The notes below the pieces were generated by a model. The model was not told the origin of the DNA. It searched no databases and saw nothing but the letters and a program-made list of their open reading frames with translations. A DNA stretch of 64,000 bases from a virus. A program made the position numbers and the translations under genes. Position 1 is the first letter of the stretch; each line of letters starts with the position of its first letter. The DNA lies in IMG/VR virus record IMGVR_UViG_3300032235_000467; one strand, given 5' to 3'. Of the stretch, positions 45,901 to 55,200 are shown piece after piece.

Positions 45901-48581
45901 TAGTACAGACAATTACTTCCTCAGTAGAATTCGTAACTGGTTCTACACACTTTGGTACAATTATTCAGAATACTCACGAGTTTACAGGTTCTTTAAGTAT
46001 TTCTGGATCTTTAACTATAAATGGAACATCCTACACTGCTGCTACTTCTGGAACATCAGGTACCAGCGGTACAGCAGGATCATCTGGTTCATCAGGTAGT
46101 ACAGGCACATCAGGAACCTCTGGTTCTAGTGGATCTTCTGGTAGTTCTGGTTCCACTGGAACAAGTGGCACATCAGGATCTAGCGGCAGCTCAGGGTCTT
46201 CTGGTAGCACAGGAACTTCCGGAACAACAGGTACTAGCGGAAGCTCAGGATCCTCTGGAAGTACTGGAACTAGTGGTAGCTCCGGTACAAGCGGAACTTC
46301 TGGGTCTAGCGGCAGCTCAGGATCAACAGGTTCGTCAGGATCTTCAGGGACTGCTGGATCTAGTGGATCCTCTGGTACCTCTGGATCAACTGGGTCTTCT
46401 GGCTCATCTGGATCAACTGGAACTAGTGGGTCTAGCGGTAGCTCTGGTTCATCAGGTTCTACAGGAACCTCTGGTTCAACAGGAACTAGTGGATCCTCTG
46501 GTAGCTCTGGATCAACTGGTACATCCGGGACTAGTGGTTCATCAGGTTCATCTGGAAGTTCCGGTTCAACAGGCACTTCAGGTACATCAGGTAGTAGTGG
46601 TAGCGCAGGATCATCTGGTTCAACAGGCACTAGCGGTACATCTGGTTCCTCTGGTACTAGTGGAAGTGCAGGTTCATCAGGATCTACTGGAACAAGTGGA
46701 ACCTCAGGTACGTCCGGGTCTTCTGGTAGCACAGGATCCAGCGGATCATCAGGAAGCTCAGGCTCCTCTGGATCTACAGGATCTTCAGGTAGTACAGGAA
46801 CCTCAGGTACATCTGGCACATCTGGCACTAGCGGATCCTCTGGTACAGGATTTACAACTATAAACAGTCCTGCACAAGGAAGAGTGTTAGTATCAGACGG
46901 ATCTGTAAATGCAGCTACAGCATCAGCAGTATTATTAGTAAATAATGGAGCGGTAGCAATATCCGGAAGTACTATTATAACAGGATCTCTTACTGTAACA
47001 AATACTATAAGCGCTCTTACTTTAGTAGTTCAAACCATATCGTCTTCAGTAGAATTTGTAACAGGTTCTACTAAGTTCGGATCTATACCATCTAACACAC
47101 ATCAATTTACAGGATCAGTAAGTATTACTGGCTCCTTGATAATAAACGGTACATCCTACACTGCAGCTACTTCCGGAACTTCTGGAACATCTGGCTCAAC
47201 CGGAACTAGTGGATCTTCAGGCACATCCGGTTCTACTGGTACCTCTGGCTCAACAGGAAGTAGTGGCTCAAGTGGTTCTAGTGGTTCAAGTGGATCTTCT
47301 GGTAGTACAGGTACTAGCGGTTCTACTGGTAGCTCAGGCTCTTCTGGTAGCACTGGTAGTAGTGGTAGTACTGGAACAAGTGGATCATCAGGGTCTAGTG
47401 GTTCTTCAGGATCATCTGGCTCTACTGGAACAAGCGGTTCTACGGGAACTAGTGGATCAAGCGGTAGTACTGGCTCTTCTGGCAGCAGTGGGTCTACTGG
47501 CACATCTGGTTCTAGCGGAACAAGTGGAAGTAGCGGTTCATCAGGAAGTACCGGATCTTCTGGCTCAACAGGAAGTAGCGGTTCTAGTGGTTCAAGCGGA
47601 TCTACAGGAACATCTGGCTCAACAGGAACTTCAGGGTCTAGCGGTTCTTCTGGATCAACCGGTACCTCAGGATCAACTGGTACAAGTGGATCTTCAGGTA
47701 GTACAGGAACTAGCGGTACCTCAGGCACATCTGGTTCATCTGGATCATCTGGATCATCAGGTACTAGCGGATCTAGTGGCAGTTCTGGTAGCACAGGAAC
47801 ATCTGGCTCAACAGGAACTAGTGGATCTTCTGGTAGTTCTGGCTCTACTGGATCATCAGGAACTAGTGGATCAAGCGGTACAGGGTTTAATACCATAAGC
47901 AATGCTGGTATTGGTAGAGTTGTAGTATCTGACGGAACTGTCAATGCGGCCACAGCATCAGCTATCTTAACTGTTAATAACGGAGCGGTAAGTATGTCTG
48001 GCAGTGCATTCATAACTGGATCACTGACAGTATCAAATACAATAACTGCACAGACTTTAATAGTACAAACCGTAAGTTCAAGTGTAGTTTTTTCCAGTGG
48101 ATCAAACGTATTTGGAAACAGCTTATCTAATACACATCAGTTTACTGGTAGTGTAACCATAACTGGTAGCTTATCTGTAAATAACAGTAGCGTAGTGCTG
48201 TCTAATCAGACAGGATCAATGTCTGTTTTAACAGCATCACATGCTTTGACAGGAAGCAATCCATTTATAATAGGCAATAGTCAGTTTAACACTACAGGAT
48301 CAGCCACAGCAAATGGAACTACAGCTGTATCTCAGATACCTACAGGATCATACACATCTGCATTCTATAGATATACGCTAGCCTCAGCCTCTAATGCTAG
48401 GGCAGGAGAAGTGATATCTGTATGGAGTGGCTCTGTGGTAAGATTTAGTGAATTCACAACTACGGATATAGGAAACACATCAACAGCTGTATTCTCAGTA
48501 ACTATAAGTTCTGGTAACGTTGTATTGAATCTATCTTCTTCTGGGGGTTGGAATGTAAAATCTATTGCAAATTTATTATAA
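42942..48581 (+). CDS. Large fibre protein with Gly-Ser/Thr triplet tracts
   Basis: 1879 aa; N-terminal LKLRRS...GEVAMNTADGKLF fibre-attachment-like motif; three SSDIVA...MGI repeats; three G-S/T-S/T tracts with shared spacer modules. Confidence 0.8.
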   Translation: MAQILKLRRSAISGAKPTISQIEFGEVAMNTADGKLFMKVSGSGGDSVIEIGANSGNVSGSLYYVPVFTGVNSVGTSSIYQSGSFTSIRKTTVPVNPTNPDILFVNGEGVNTYNLISAHSNLNSYVQVNVQNYSSGAFASSDIVATANDGTETTKYINMGINSSQYTSPDFIGSAGDAYLYSTGNDLYIGNAIPNKRVIIFNGGFDAFVHSKVFIHEQGTIGINTDTIDYDYPSSLRVFAANTSSFNLIYAQANVNNYSQINIKNISSGEEASSDIVATADDGDEEQGYINMGINSSQFQKPNTIGNPRDGYLYSTGNDLCIGNAVPNKQVIIFNGGFDVVENARLWVHSQGTVSINTDQYNVNNPPSLVVYAPNTTTNTLIEGVGQSNQFLQLAIANQSSGSFASSDIVAYNDIDPTNQGVGFIDMGISSTTFNDPTNYPGWEPGESYVYTDAAGMTIGTTADSSEIHIFAGGINPVENTKLLIRSNNQHELTGSLNISGSLVVNNGITGSLFGTASWALNAITASYITASNVYGPYGQNSVISASHAVTASSADDFLVRGTLTAQTIIVQTITSSVEFVTGSTHFGTIIQNTHEFTGSLSISGSLVINGTSYTAATSGTSGTSGTSGSSGTSGTSGSSGSTGTSGSSGSTGTSGSAGTSGSSGSSGSSGTSGTSGTSGSSGSTGTSGSSGSSGSTGSSGTSGTSGSSGSTGTSGTSGSSGSSGSTGSSGTSGTSGSSGSSGFSGSSGSSGSSGSTGTSGTSGTSGTSGSSGSTGTSGTSGSSGTSGTSGSSGSSGSSGLSGTSGSSGTSGSSGSTGTSGTSGSSGSSGSTGSSGTSGSSGTSGSTGTSGTSGSTGTSGSSGSSGSSGTSGTSGSSGSSGSSGSTGSSGSSGSSGSSGSTGTSGTSGTSGSSGSSGSSGTAGSSGTGFTTINSPAVGRVLLSDGSVNAATASSAIVYNGGGLSISGSTTITGSLTVSNTITAQTLIVQTITSSVEFVTGSTHFGTIIQNTHEFTGSLSISGSLTINGTSYTAATSGTSGTSGTAGSSGSSGSTGTSGTSGSSGSSGSSGSTGTSGTSGSSGSSGSSGSTGTSGTTGTSGSSGSSGSTGTSGSSGTSGTSGSSGSSGSTGSSGSSGTAGSSGSSGTSGSTGSSGSSGSTGTSGSSGSSGSSGSTGTSGSTGTSGSSGSSGSTGTSGTSGSSGSSGSSGSTGTSGTSGSSGSAGSSGSTGTSGTSGSSGTSGSAGSSGSTGTSGTSGTSGSSGSTGSSGSSGSSGSSGSTGSSGSTGTSGTSGTSGTSGSSGTGFTTINSPAQGRVLVSDGSVNAATASAVLLVNNGAVAISGSTIITGSLTVTNTISALTLVVQTISSSVEFVTGSTKFGSIPSNTHQFTGSVSITGSLIINGTSYTAATSGTSGTSGSTGTSGSSGTSGSTGTSGSTGSSGSSGSSGSSGSSGSTGTSGSTGSSGSSGSTGSSGSTGTSGSSGSSGSSGSSGSTGTSGSTGTSGSSGSTGSSGSSGSTGTSGSSGTSGSSGSSGSTGSSGSTGSSGSSGSSGSTGTSGSTGTSGSSGSSGSTGTSGSTGTSGSSGSTGTSGTSGTSGSSGSSGSSGTSGSSGSSGSTGTSGSTGTSGSSGSSGSTGSSGTSGSSGTGFNTISNAGIGRVVVSDGTVNAATASAILTVNNGAVSMSGSAFITGSLTVSNTITAQTLIVQTVSSSVVFSSGSNVFGNSLSNTHQFTGSVTITGSLSVNNSSVVLSNQTGSMSVLTASHALTGSNPFIIGNSQFNTTGSATANGTTAVSQIPTGSYTSAFYRYTLASASNARAGEVISVWSGSVVRFSEFTTTDIGNTSTAVFSVTISSGNVVLNLSSSGGWNVKSIANLL

Positions 48582-49387
48582 TGCCAATAACTTTTTTAAA
48601 TAGAAATAACTCAGGAAATCTATCACTTATCAATAGAAGTAACAGCGGTAGACTAAGTATGACAGTAGGAACTTCTATTGTAACAGCAGGATTAGTATTA
48701 AATTTAGATGCTGGTAATCCATCTTCTTATCCTGGTAGTGGAACTACTTGGACAGATTTAACCGTAAATGGGTTCAATGCTTCTATGACCGGTAGCGTTA
48801 GTTATAATAATACACCTCCTCAATATTTTGACTATGCTAATCTTCCAAATTATTTTGTTGGTAATAATAATCTTACTTCTGTAATAAGCACTGCTATAAC
48901 AATTACATCTTGGATAAATGTACGTAATATAGCATCAAGAAGTGTTGTGTTTGATAAATACCAAACACCAACTCTCCCTGCTGGGTATGTTCTTGAAGTA
49001 GGAACAGTCTCCTCCCTTTGGACTAATACAGTAAGATTTTTTGCAGTAGGTTCTACTGGAGATGGTTGGGACCCTAGAGGAGTAAGTAATGCTATACAAG
49101 AGAATGTCCCATGTATGGTATCAGTAACATTAGATCGTACTGCACAACAATCTTCATTGTATGTAAATGGTTCAAGTATATCATATACACAAGGTGGAGG
49201 CCCTATTACTAATTTAGCTTCTAATTGGGCTACAGGAACTAATGTATATACTTTGGGGTCATATCGACCTGACTCTGCTATAGACTCAAACATGTATCAG
49301 TATAATCTATTAATATATAATAGAGCTTTATCCGCATCTGAAATCCTACAAAACTATAATGCACAAAAATCAAAATTTGGGTTATAA
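48581..49387 (+). CDS. LamG / concanavalin A-like lectin-domain virion protein
   Basis: GLVLNLDAGNPSSYPGSGTTWTDL...LYVNG...IYNRALSASEILQNYNA; TAATG-coupled start at 48581. Confidence 0.8.
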   Translation: MPITFLNRNNSGNLSLINRSNSGRLSMTVGTSIVTAGLVLNLDAGNPSSYPGSGTTWTDLTVNGFNASMTGSVSYNNTPPQYFDYANLPNYFVGNNNLTSVISTAITITSWINVRNIASRSVVFDKYQTPTLPAGYVLEVGTVSSLWTNTVRFFAVGSTGDGWDPRGVSNAIQENVPCMVSVTLDRTAQQSSLYVNGSSISYTQGGGPITNLASNWATGTNVYTLGSYRPDSAIDSNMYQYNLLIYNRALSASEILQNYNAQKSKFGL

Positions 49388-49450
49388 AAAGTATTACTCT
49401 AGATCCTTATATTTATAAATGTCTGTTGGAAAGTGAAAACAGTATAAAAT

Positions 49451-52207
49451 ATGCCAAACGAGTTCAAAGTTAAGAATGGCCTGATTGTAGACCAAGGAGG
49501 AGCCAATATAACAGGTTCTTCTGCTATATCAGGATCTTTAGACATTGCTGGCAGCGTAACTGCGACTAACTTTACCGGATCTTTATTTGGTACAGCAAGT
49601 TGGGCTGCAAATTTTAAGGAAACAGACCCAGTATTTTCATCCAAGTCAGCTAGTTTAGCCACTACAGGATCTAATTCATTTTTTGGAGATCAATATATAA
49701 CAGGATCTTTAAACCTGTCATCTAGTGGAATCCACTATATAAGTGGACTGGTAACAGCTTCAAGTACTATTCATGTAAACGTAACACAGCCTGTCCTAGC
49801 TTTAGATACAAGAGGTAGAATACTGTACTCTAACTTCTTCTCAACTACTGCAAGTTTACCGGATCCTAACTTGTACCATGGTATGTTTACCCATGTACAT
49901 AATGAAGGATCAGCATATTATTCACACGGGTCTAATGGTTGGGTAAGATTATGGGACAGATTTAACAGTCCTAATTTAATTAGCGGATCACAAGTACCAG
50001 CTAATATAGTAGGACAAGCAATTGCTCCTCTAAGCGTAAGCGCATCTTCTTTTGTAAGTGCTAGTGAATTTTTTGGTAGCGGTAGCGGAATAGTAGGAGT
50101 CATATCATCTTCATATTCAGTAACAGCATCCAATGGACTGTTATTTAATAGCACATCCTCAGAAAGATTTGCAACCACAGGATCTAACACATTTATAGGA
50201 AATCAAATAGTAACTGGTAGTTTATACACTAGCGGGTCTAATAGATTAGTAGGGCCTACAGAATTAACAGGTTCTTTAGGAATATCTGGTAGCCAGATTA
50301 TAAAAGGGTATGTGCAATTCATGCCTGTTACTACAAACATAGACACATCAATAACTGCATCTTATATCTATGTATCAGGTTCTACTAATGATTTGTATTT
50401 CTCTCAAAACGGTGATGGGTATAATAACGTAACTCGTTTACGTTGGTTAGAAGGCAACTTATATACAGGATTATTACATGGAGGTTTAATTACAGCTGCT
50501 ACAGGATCTACTATATATCAAGTTAGTAGCGGTAGTGGTATAATTGTTAATATAAATGCAAGCTTAACTGCCAATCCATACCCTACTATTAAATATGTAA
50601 ACTGGGGTAATTTAACAGCTAGTATTGCACCACTTACTGCATCATATCAACAAGCATTTGTATCTATTGATTCGAATGGTAGTATTTACCAACAAGGCAT
50701 ACCATACGCTTCCGAACAATTTGATACATCAATTAACATAGGAGTTGTATTATTTCAAAACGGATCTACAATTAATGGTGTTAAAACACAACCATCCACA
50801 GCATATGGTTTTGAACAACAACAAAATATATTTAATAGGGCATTTGGACCTTTAAAATTATCAGGGTATACTTTAGCACCTAGTGGTTCTTCAACACGCA
50901 GTTTAATAGTAGCAGGTGGTACAGCTTACTCACCTGGTTCTAACTATTCTGTAGATCCAAATAATCCATCCTACACTACTGATAGTGGAACTAATGTATC
51001 TAAAATATTCAGATATAGACAATCAGGTTCTACTTGGGTATATGATACAAATGCAGGTGCAGGTTATACAACAATTGATCCAACACAATATTCAAACAAT
51101 GGTGTATTAACAGCAGTACCAGGAGGAGGATCAAATAGAGAATTTTCTATTCAAAGAGTATTTTATTTCCCTAATAGTGTAGCTAAAGCTATAGTCGTTT
51201 ATTATGGTAATGCTACATACGCAAGTCTAACAGATGCAACATCAAATATTTCTTTTGAACCGTTTGTTGAAGCACCAAATACTGCAGCAAACGCAATTTA
51301 TTTAGGGGCAATTATTGTAAGAAATAACGCTGATTTTACAGTTACTGACTCATATGCTATTCAGACAGCAGGTCTATTTAGGTCAGTAGGAGGATCAGGA
51401 GGCGGAGGATCGGTAGTAACTCAAACTTTATCAGGACTTTCTGATGTAAATATATCAGGACCAACAAATGGACAACCATTAGTTTATGATTCGACTGCTG
51501 CTAAATGGGAAAATAAATCAACACTAACAGCAACATTAATAGGTAATGCTAGCACAGCTACAACTGCATCTTACGCATTAATAGCTAAAAGTATAGAAGG
51601 CATTATAACTAGCGCTTCTTATGCATTAACGGCTTCTTATGTACTTAATGCTATAAGTGCATCATATTCTGCTACTGCATCATATGTACTAAACTCTATA
51701 AGTTCTTCATACGCTGCTACTGCATCTTTTGTAGCCACTGCATCAAACGCAATATCTTCTTCATATGCAGTAACAGCAAGTTATGTAGCAACCCTAAATA
51801 AAAAAGTAAGAACTACTATTCCAATAACAGCAGTACAAGGACAGACTACCCTTATAACAAACATACCTGCATTAGTGGATGAAGTAGGAACTGAATTAAG
51901 AATTAGGGAAAATCTATTAAATGCCGTATCTTGCAGTATGTCTGCTAGGGTTGAACAAGCTACTGGTGGTGCTATTGGTCATTTAAAGATTCAATATTCA
52001 ACAGATGAATCTACTTGGAATGATCTTAATGCAAATAAAGTAGATCTAGGAACAGTCGGGACTCAATTAACAACAGAAGAAGCAATTCCATCTGGAGCAA
52101 AGACAACCGGTACTTATATAAGATTAGTAACAATAAGTGGAGATGGTACGGCAGCTAGTAATGCCAGATTTGGAAATGTAACTTTAAATATAATTTACGA
52201 TATATAA
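49451..52207 (+). CDS. Ser/Thr-rich fibre / virion structural protein
   Basis: 918 aa; ETDPVF and LATTGSNxFxG motifs shared with the N-terminus of the 3698-aa fibre; TASY/SSSYA repeats; LSGLSDVNI...NGQPLVYD...KWEN motif. Confidence 0.7.
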   Translation: MPNEFKVKNGLIVDQGGANITGSSAISGSLDIAGSVTATNFTGSLFGTASWAANFKETDPVFSSKSASLATTGSNSFFGDQYITGSLNLSSSGIHYISGLVTASSTIHVNVTQPVLALDTRGRILYSNFFSTTASLPDPNLYHGMFTHVHNEGSAYYSHGSNGWVRLWDRFNSPNLISGSQVPANIVGQAIAPLSVSASSFVSASEFFGSGSGIVGVISSSYSVTASNGLLFNSTSSERFATTGSNTFIGNQIVTGSLYTSGSNRLVGPTELTGSLGISGSQIIKGYVQFMPVTTNIDTSITASYIYVSGSTNDLYFSQNGDGYNNVTRLRWLEGNLYTGLLHGGLITAATGSTIYQVSSGSGIIVNINASLTANPYPTIKYVNWGNLTASIAPLTASYQQAFVSIDSNGSIYQQGIPYASEQFDTSINIGVVLFQNGSTINGVKTQPSTAYGFEQQQNIFNRAFGPLKLSGYTLAPSGSSTRSLIVAGGTAYSPGSNYSVDPNNPSYTTDSGTNVSKIFRYRQSGSTWVYDTNAGAGYTTIDPTQYSNNGVLTAVPGGGSNREFSIQRVFYFPNSVAKAIVVYYGNATYASLTDATSNISFEPFVEAPNTAANAIYLGAIIVRNNADFTVTDSYAIQTAGLFRSVGGSGGGGSVVTQTLSGLSDVNISGPTNGQPLVYDSTAAKWENKSTLTATLIGNASTATTASYALIAKSIEGIITSASYALTASYVLNAISASYSATASYVLNSISSSYAATASFVATASNAISSSYAVTASYVATLNKKVRTTIPITAVQGQTTLITNIPALVDEVGTELRIRENLLNAVSCSMSARVEQATGGAIGHLKIQYSTDESTWNDLNANKVDLGTVGTQLTTEEAIPSGAKTTGTYIRLVTISGDGTAASNARFGNVTLNIIYDI

Positions 52208-55200
52208 TGCCAAAGTATACTATATTTTCAAATATTATAAGTGGTAGCAGTGCAGCTATAACATCTATTACTGGATCGTTATTAGGTAATGCATCTACTG
52301 CAACTACTGCATCTCATGCACTGACAGCTTCTTCTGCGGATAATTTTACTGTAAGAGGAACACTGACAGCACAAACTATAGTAGCTCAGACCATTACATC
52401 GTCTACCGATTTTGTTACTGGATCTACTAGATTTGGTAGCGTCGCTTCAAATACACATCAATTTACCGGCTCAGTAAGTATAACAGGATCTCTTACTATA
52501 AACGGAACATCTTATACTGCTGCTACATCCGGAACAAGCGGTACTTCAGGAACCGCAGGATCGTCCGGTAGCTCAGGATCTACAGGTACATCTGGTACTG
52601 CAGGTTCTAGCGGGTCTTCCGGCAGCACAGGTAGTAGCGGAACATCAGGCACTGCCGGTACAACGGGTACTAGCGGTACCTCTGGTTCATCTGGATCTAG
52701 CGGATCTTCAGGATCTACAGGAACATCTGGCTCAACTGGTACCTCAGGTACATCAGGAAGTTCTGGATCCTCCGGATCAACTGGCTCATCAGGAACTTCA
52801 GGTACTTCTGGAAGCAGTGGATCTTCTGGTTCTACTGGTACTTCTGGATCAACTGGTTCTTCCGGCTCGGCGGGAAGTAGCGGTACTTCTGGATCAACTG
52901 GAACATCTGGTTCTACTGGAACTAGCGGAAGTTCAGGATCCTCTGGATCTACAGGCACCAGTGGTACTTCAGGTTCTACAGGAACTAGCGGATCATCAGG
53001 TTCTTCGGGTACCAGCGGTACTTCTGGATCTACTGGTACATCAGGAAGCACAGGAACATCTGGCTCAACAGGAACATCAGGATCTAGTGGGTCATCTGGT
53101 TCTTCAGGGTCGTCTGGATCATCTGGTACAGGTTTCACCACAATAAATAACCCTGCTATAGGAAGGGTATTGCTTGCTGATAACTCAACAAATGCAGCAA
53201 CAGCTTCCGCAGTATTAACTATAAACAATGGAAACGTAGTTGTTTCTGGTAGCACTGTTATAACAGGCTCCTTAACTGTAACTAATACTATTAATGCGCT
53301 AACATTAGTAGTACAAACTATATCTTCCTCAGTAGAATTTGTTACAGGGTCTACTAAATTTGGTAGTATAATATCAAATACACATCAATTTACAGGTTCT
53401 GTAAGTATATCAGGATCTTTATCTTTAAATGGAACATCTTTTGCTGCAGCCACTTCAGGAACTTCAGGAACTAGTGGTATAAATGGTACTAGTGGCTCTT
53501 CTGGAAGCTCTGGTTCTAGTGGAACATCTGGCTCAACTGGTACATCAGGTACTTCTGGTAGCAGCGGTTCTACAGGAACGTCAGGATCTAGTGGCACTTC
53601 AGGAGTTAATGGTACATCTGGTTCAAGTGGAACTAGTGGGTCTACCGGCTCTTCAGGTTCATCTGGTAGTACAGGTACTAGCGGATCAACAGGAACTTCT
53701 GGTTCTACAGGTACATCTGGCTCAACTGGAACTAGCGGTAGCTCCGGATCTTCAGGTTCTACTGGAACTTCTGGAACCTCAGGATCTACTGGAACTAGTG
53801 GGTCTTCTGGTAGCACAGGAACAAGTGGCTCTAGTGGTACTTCTGGAGCAAACGGTTCTTCAGGAACTTCAGGAACTAGCGGTACATCTGGCTCTAGTGG
53901 TACGAGTGGTGTAAATGGTAGTTCTGGTACATCTGGTAGCACAGGCACTTCAGGATCTTCTGGATCATCAGGATCATCTGGATCTACCGGTACATCAGGA
54001 AGCTCTGGCTCAACTGGATCATCTGGTAGTAGTGGATCTACGGGATCCAGTGGTACTGCAGGTACTTCTGGTACTAGCGGACAAACAGGATCTTCTGGTT
54101 CAAGTGGTTCTTCCGGCACTAGCGGGACCTCAGGTACATCAGGAACTTCTGGAACTTCTGGTAGTTCAGGGTCTACAGGTACATCAGGCTCTAGTGGTTC
54201 AACAGGATCATCTGGAAGTAGCGGTAGTACAGGTACATCGGGCAGCAGTGGTACTTCAGGTACTAGTGGAACATCCGGTTCATCTGGTACAGGATTCAAT
54301 ACAATAAATAATCCTGCTATAGGAAGAGTCCTCATAGCAGATGCTTCAACTAATTCAGCTACAGCTTCAGCAATATTAACCGTTAACAACGGAGCTGTTA
54401 GCATGTCAGGCAGTACATTTATTACTGGATCATTAACAGTAACTAATACTATTAATGCTTTAACATTAGTTGTACAGACTATATCATCTTCAATAGAATT
54501 TGTAACTGGATCTACTAGATTTGGTAGTACAATTTCTAACAATCATGAGTTTACCGGTAGTGTTAGAATTAGCGGATCTTTATTTATAAACGGTACATCA
54601 TACACTGCCGCTACTTCTGGAACTAGTGGTACTACAGGAACATCAGGAAGTTCTGGATCCTCAGGTAGTTCTGGTTCAACTGGAACTAGTGGCACAGCAG
54701 GAACGGCTGGTACTACAGGAACATCAGGAACAGCAGGATCTTCTGGAAGTGCAGGCTCATCTGGCTCTACAGGTACCAGCGGATCTACAGGTACTTCAGG
54801 ATCTTCTGGTTCTTCAGGAACTACTGGAACATCAGGTAGTACAGGTACTAGTGGTTCTAGTGGTACTTCTGGAGCAAACGGTTCTTCAGGAACTTCTGGA
54901 ACTTCAGGAAGCTCTGGCTCAACTGGTTCTTCTGGTTCTTCTGGTTCTTCTGGTTCTTCTGGTTCTACAGGTACTTCTGGTACTTCAGGTACCGCAGGAA
55001 GCTCTGGATCTTCTGGCTCATCAGGAAATACAGGCTCTTCTGGAAGTAGTGGTTCTACAGGTACTTCGGGGTCTAGTGGTTCAACAGGAACTAGCGGCAC
55101 AGCAGGAACCTCAGGATCTAGTGGATCCTCTGGATCAACTGGAACATCTGGTTCAACTGGTACTTCAGGCACCTCTGGATCAACTGGTTCTTCTGGTACA

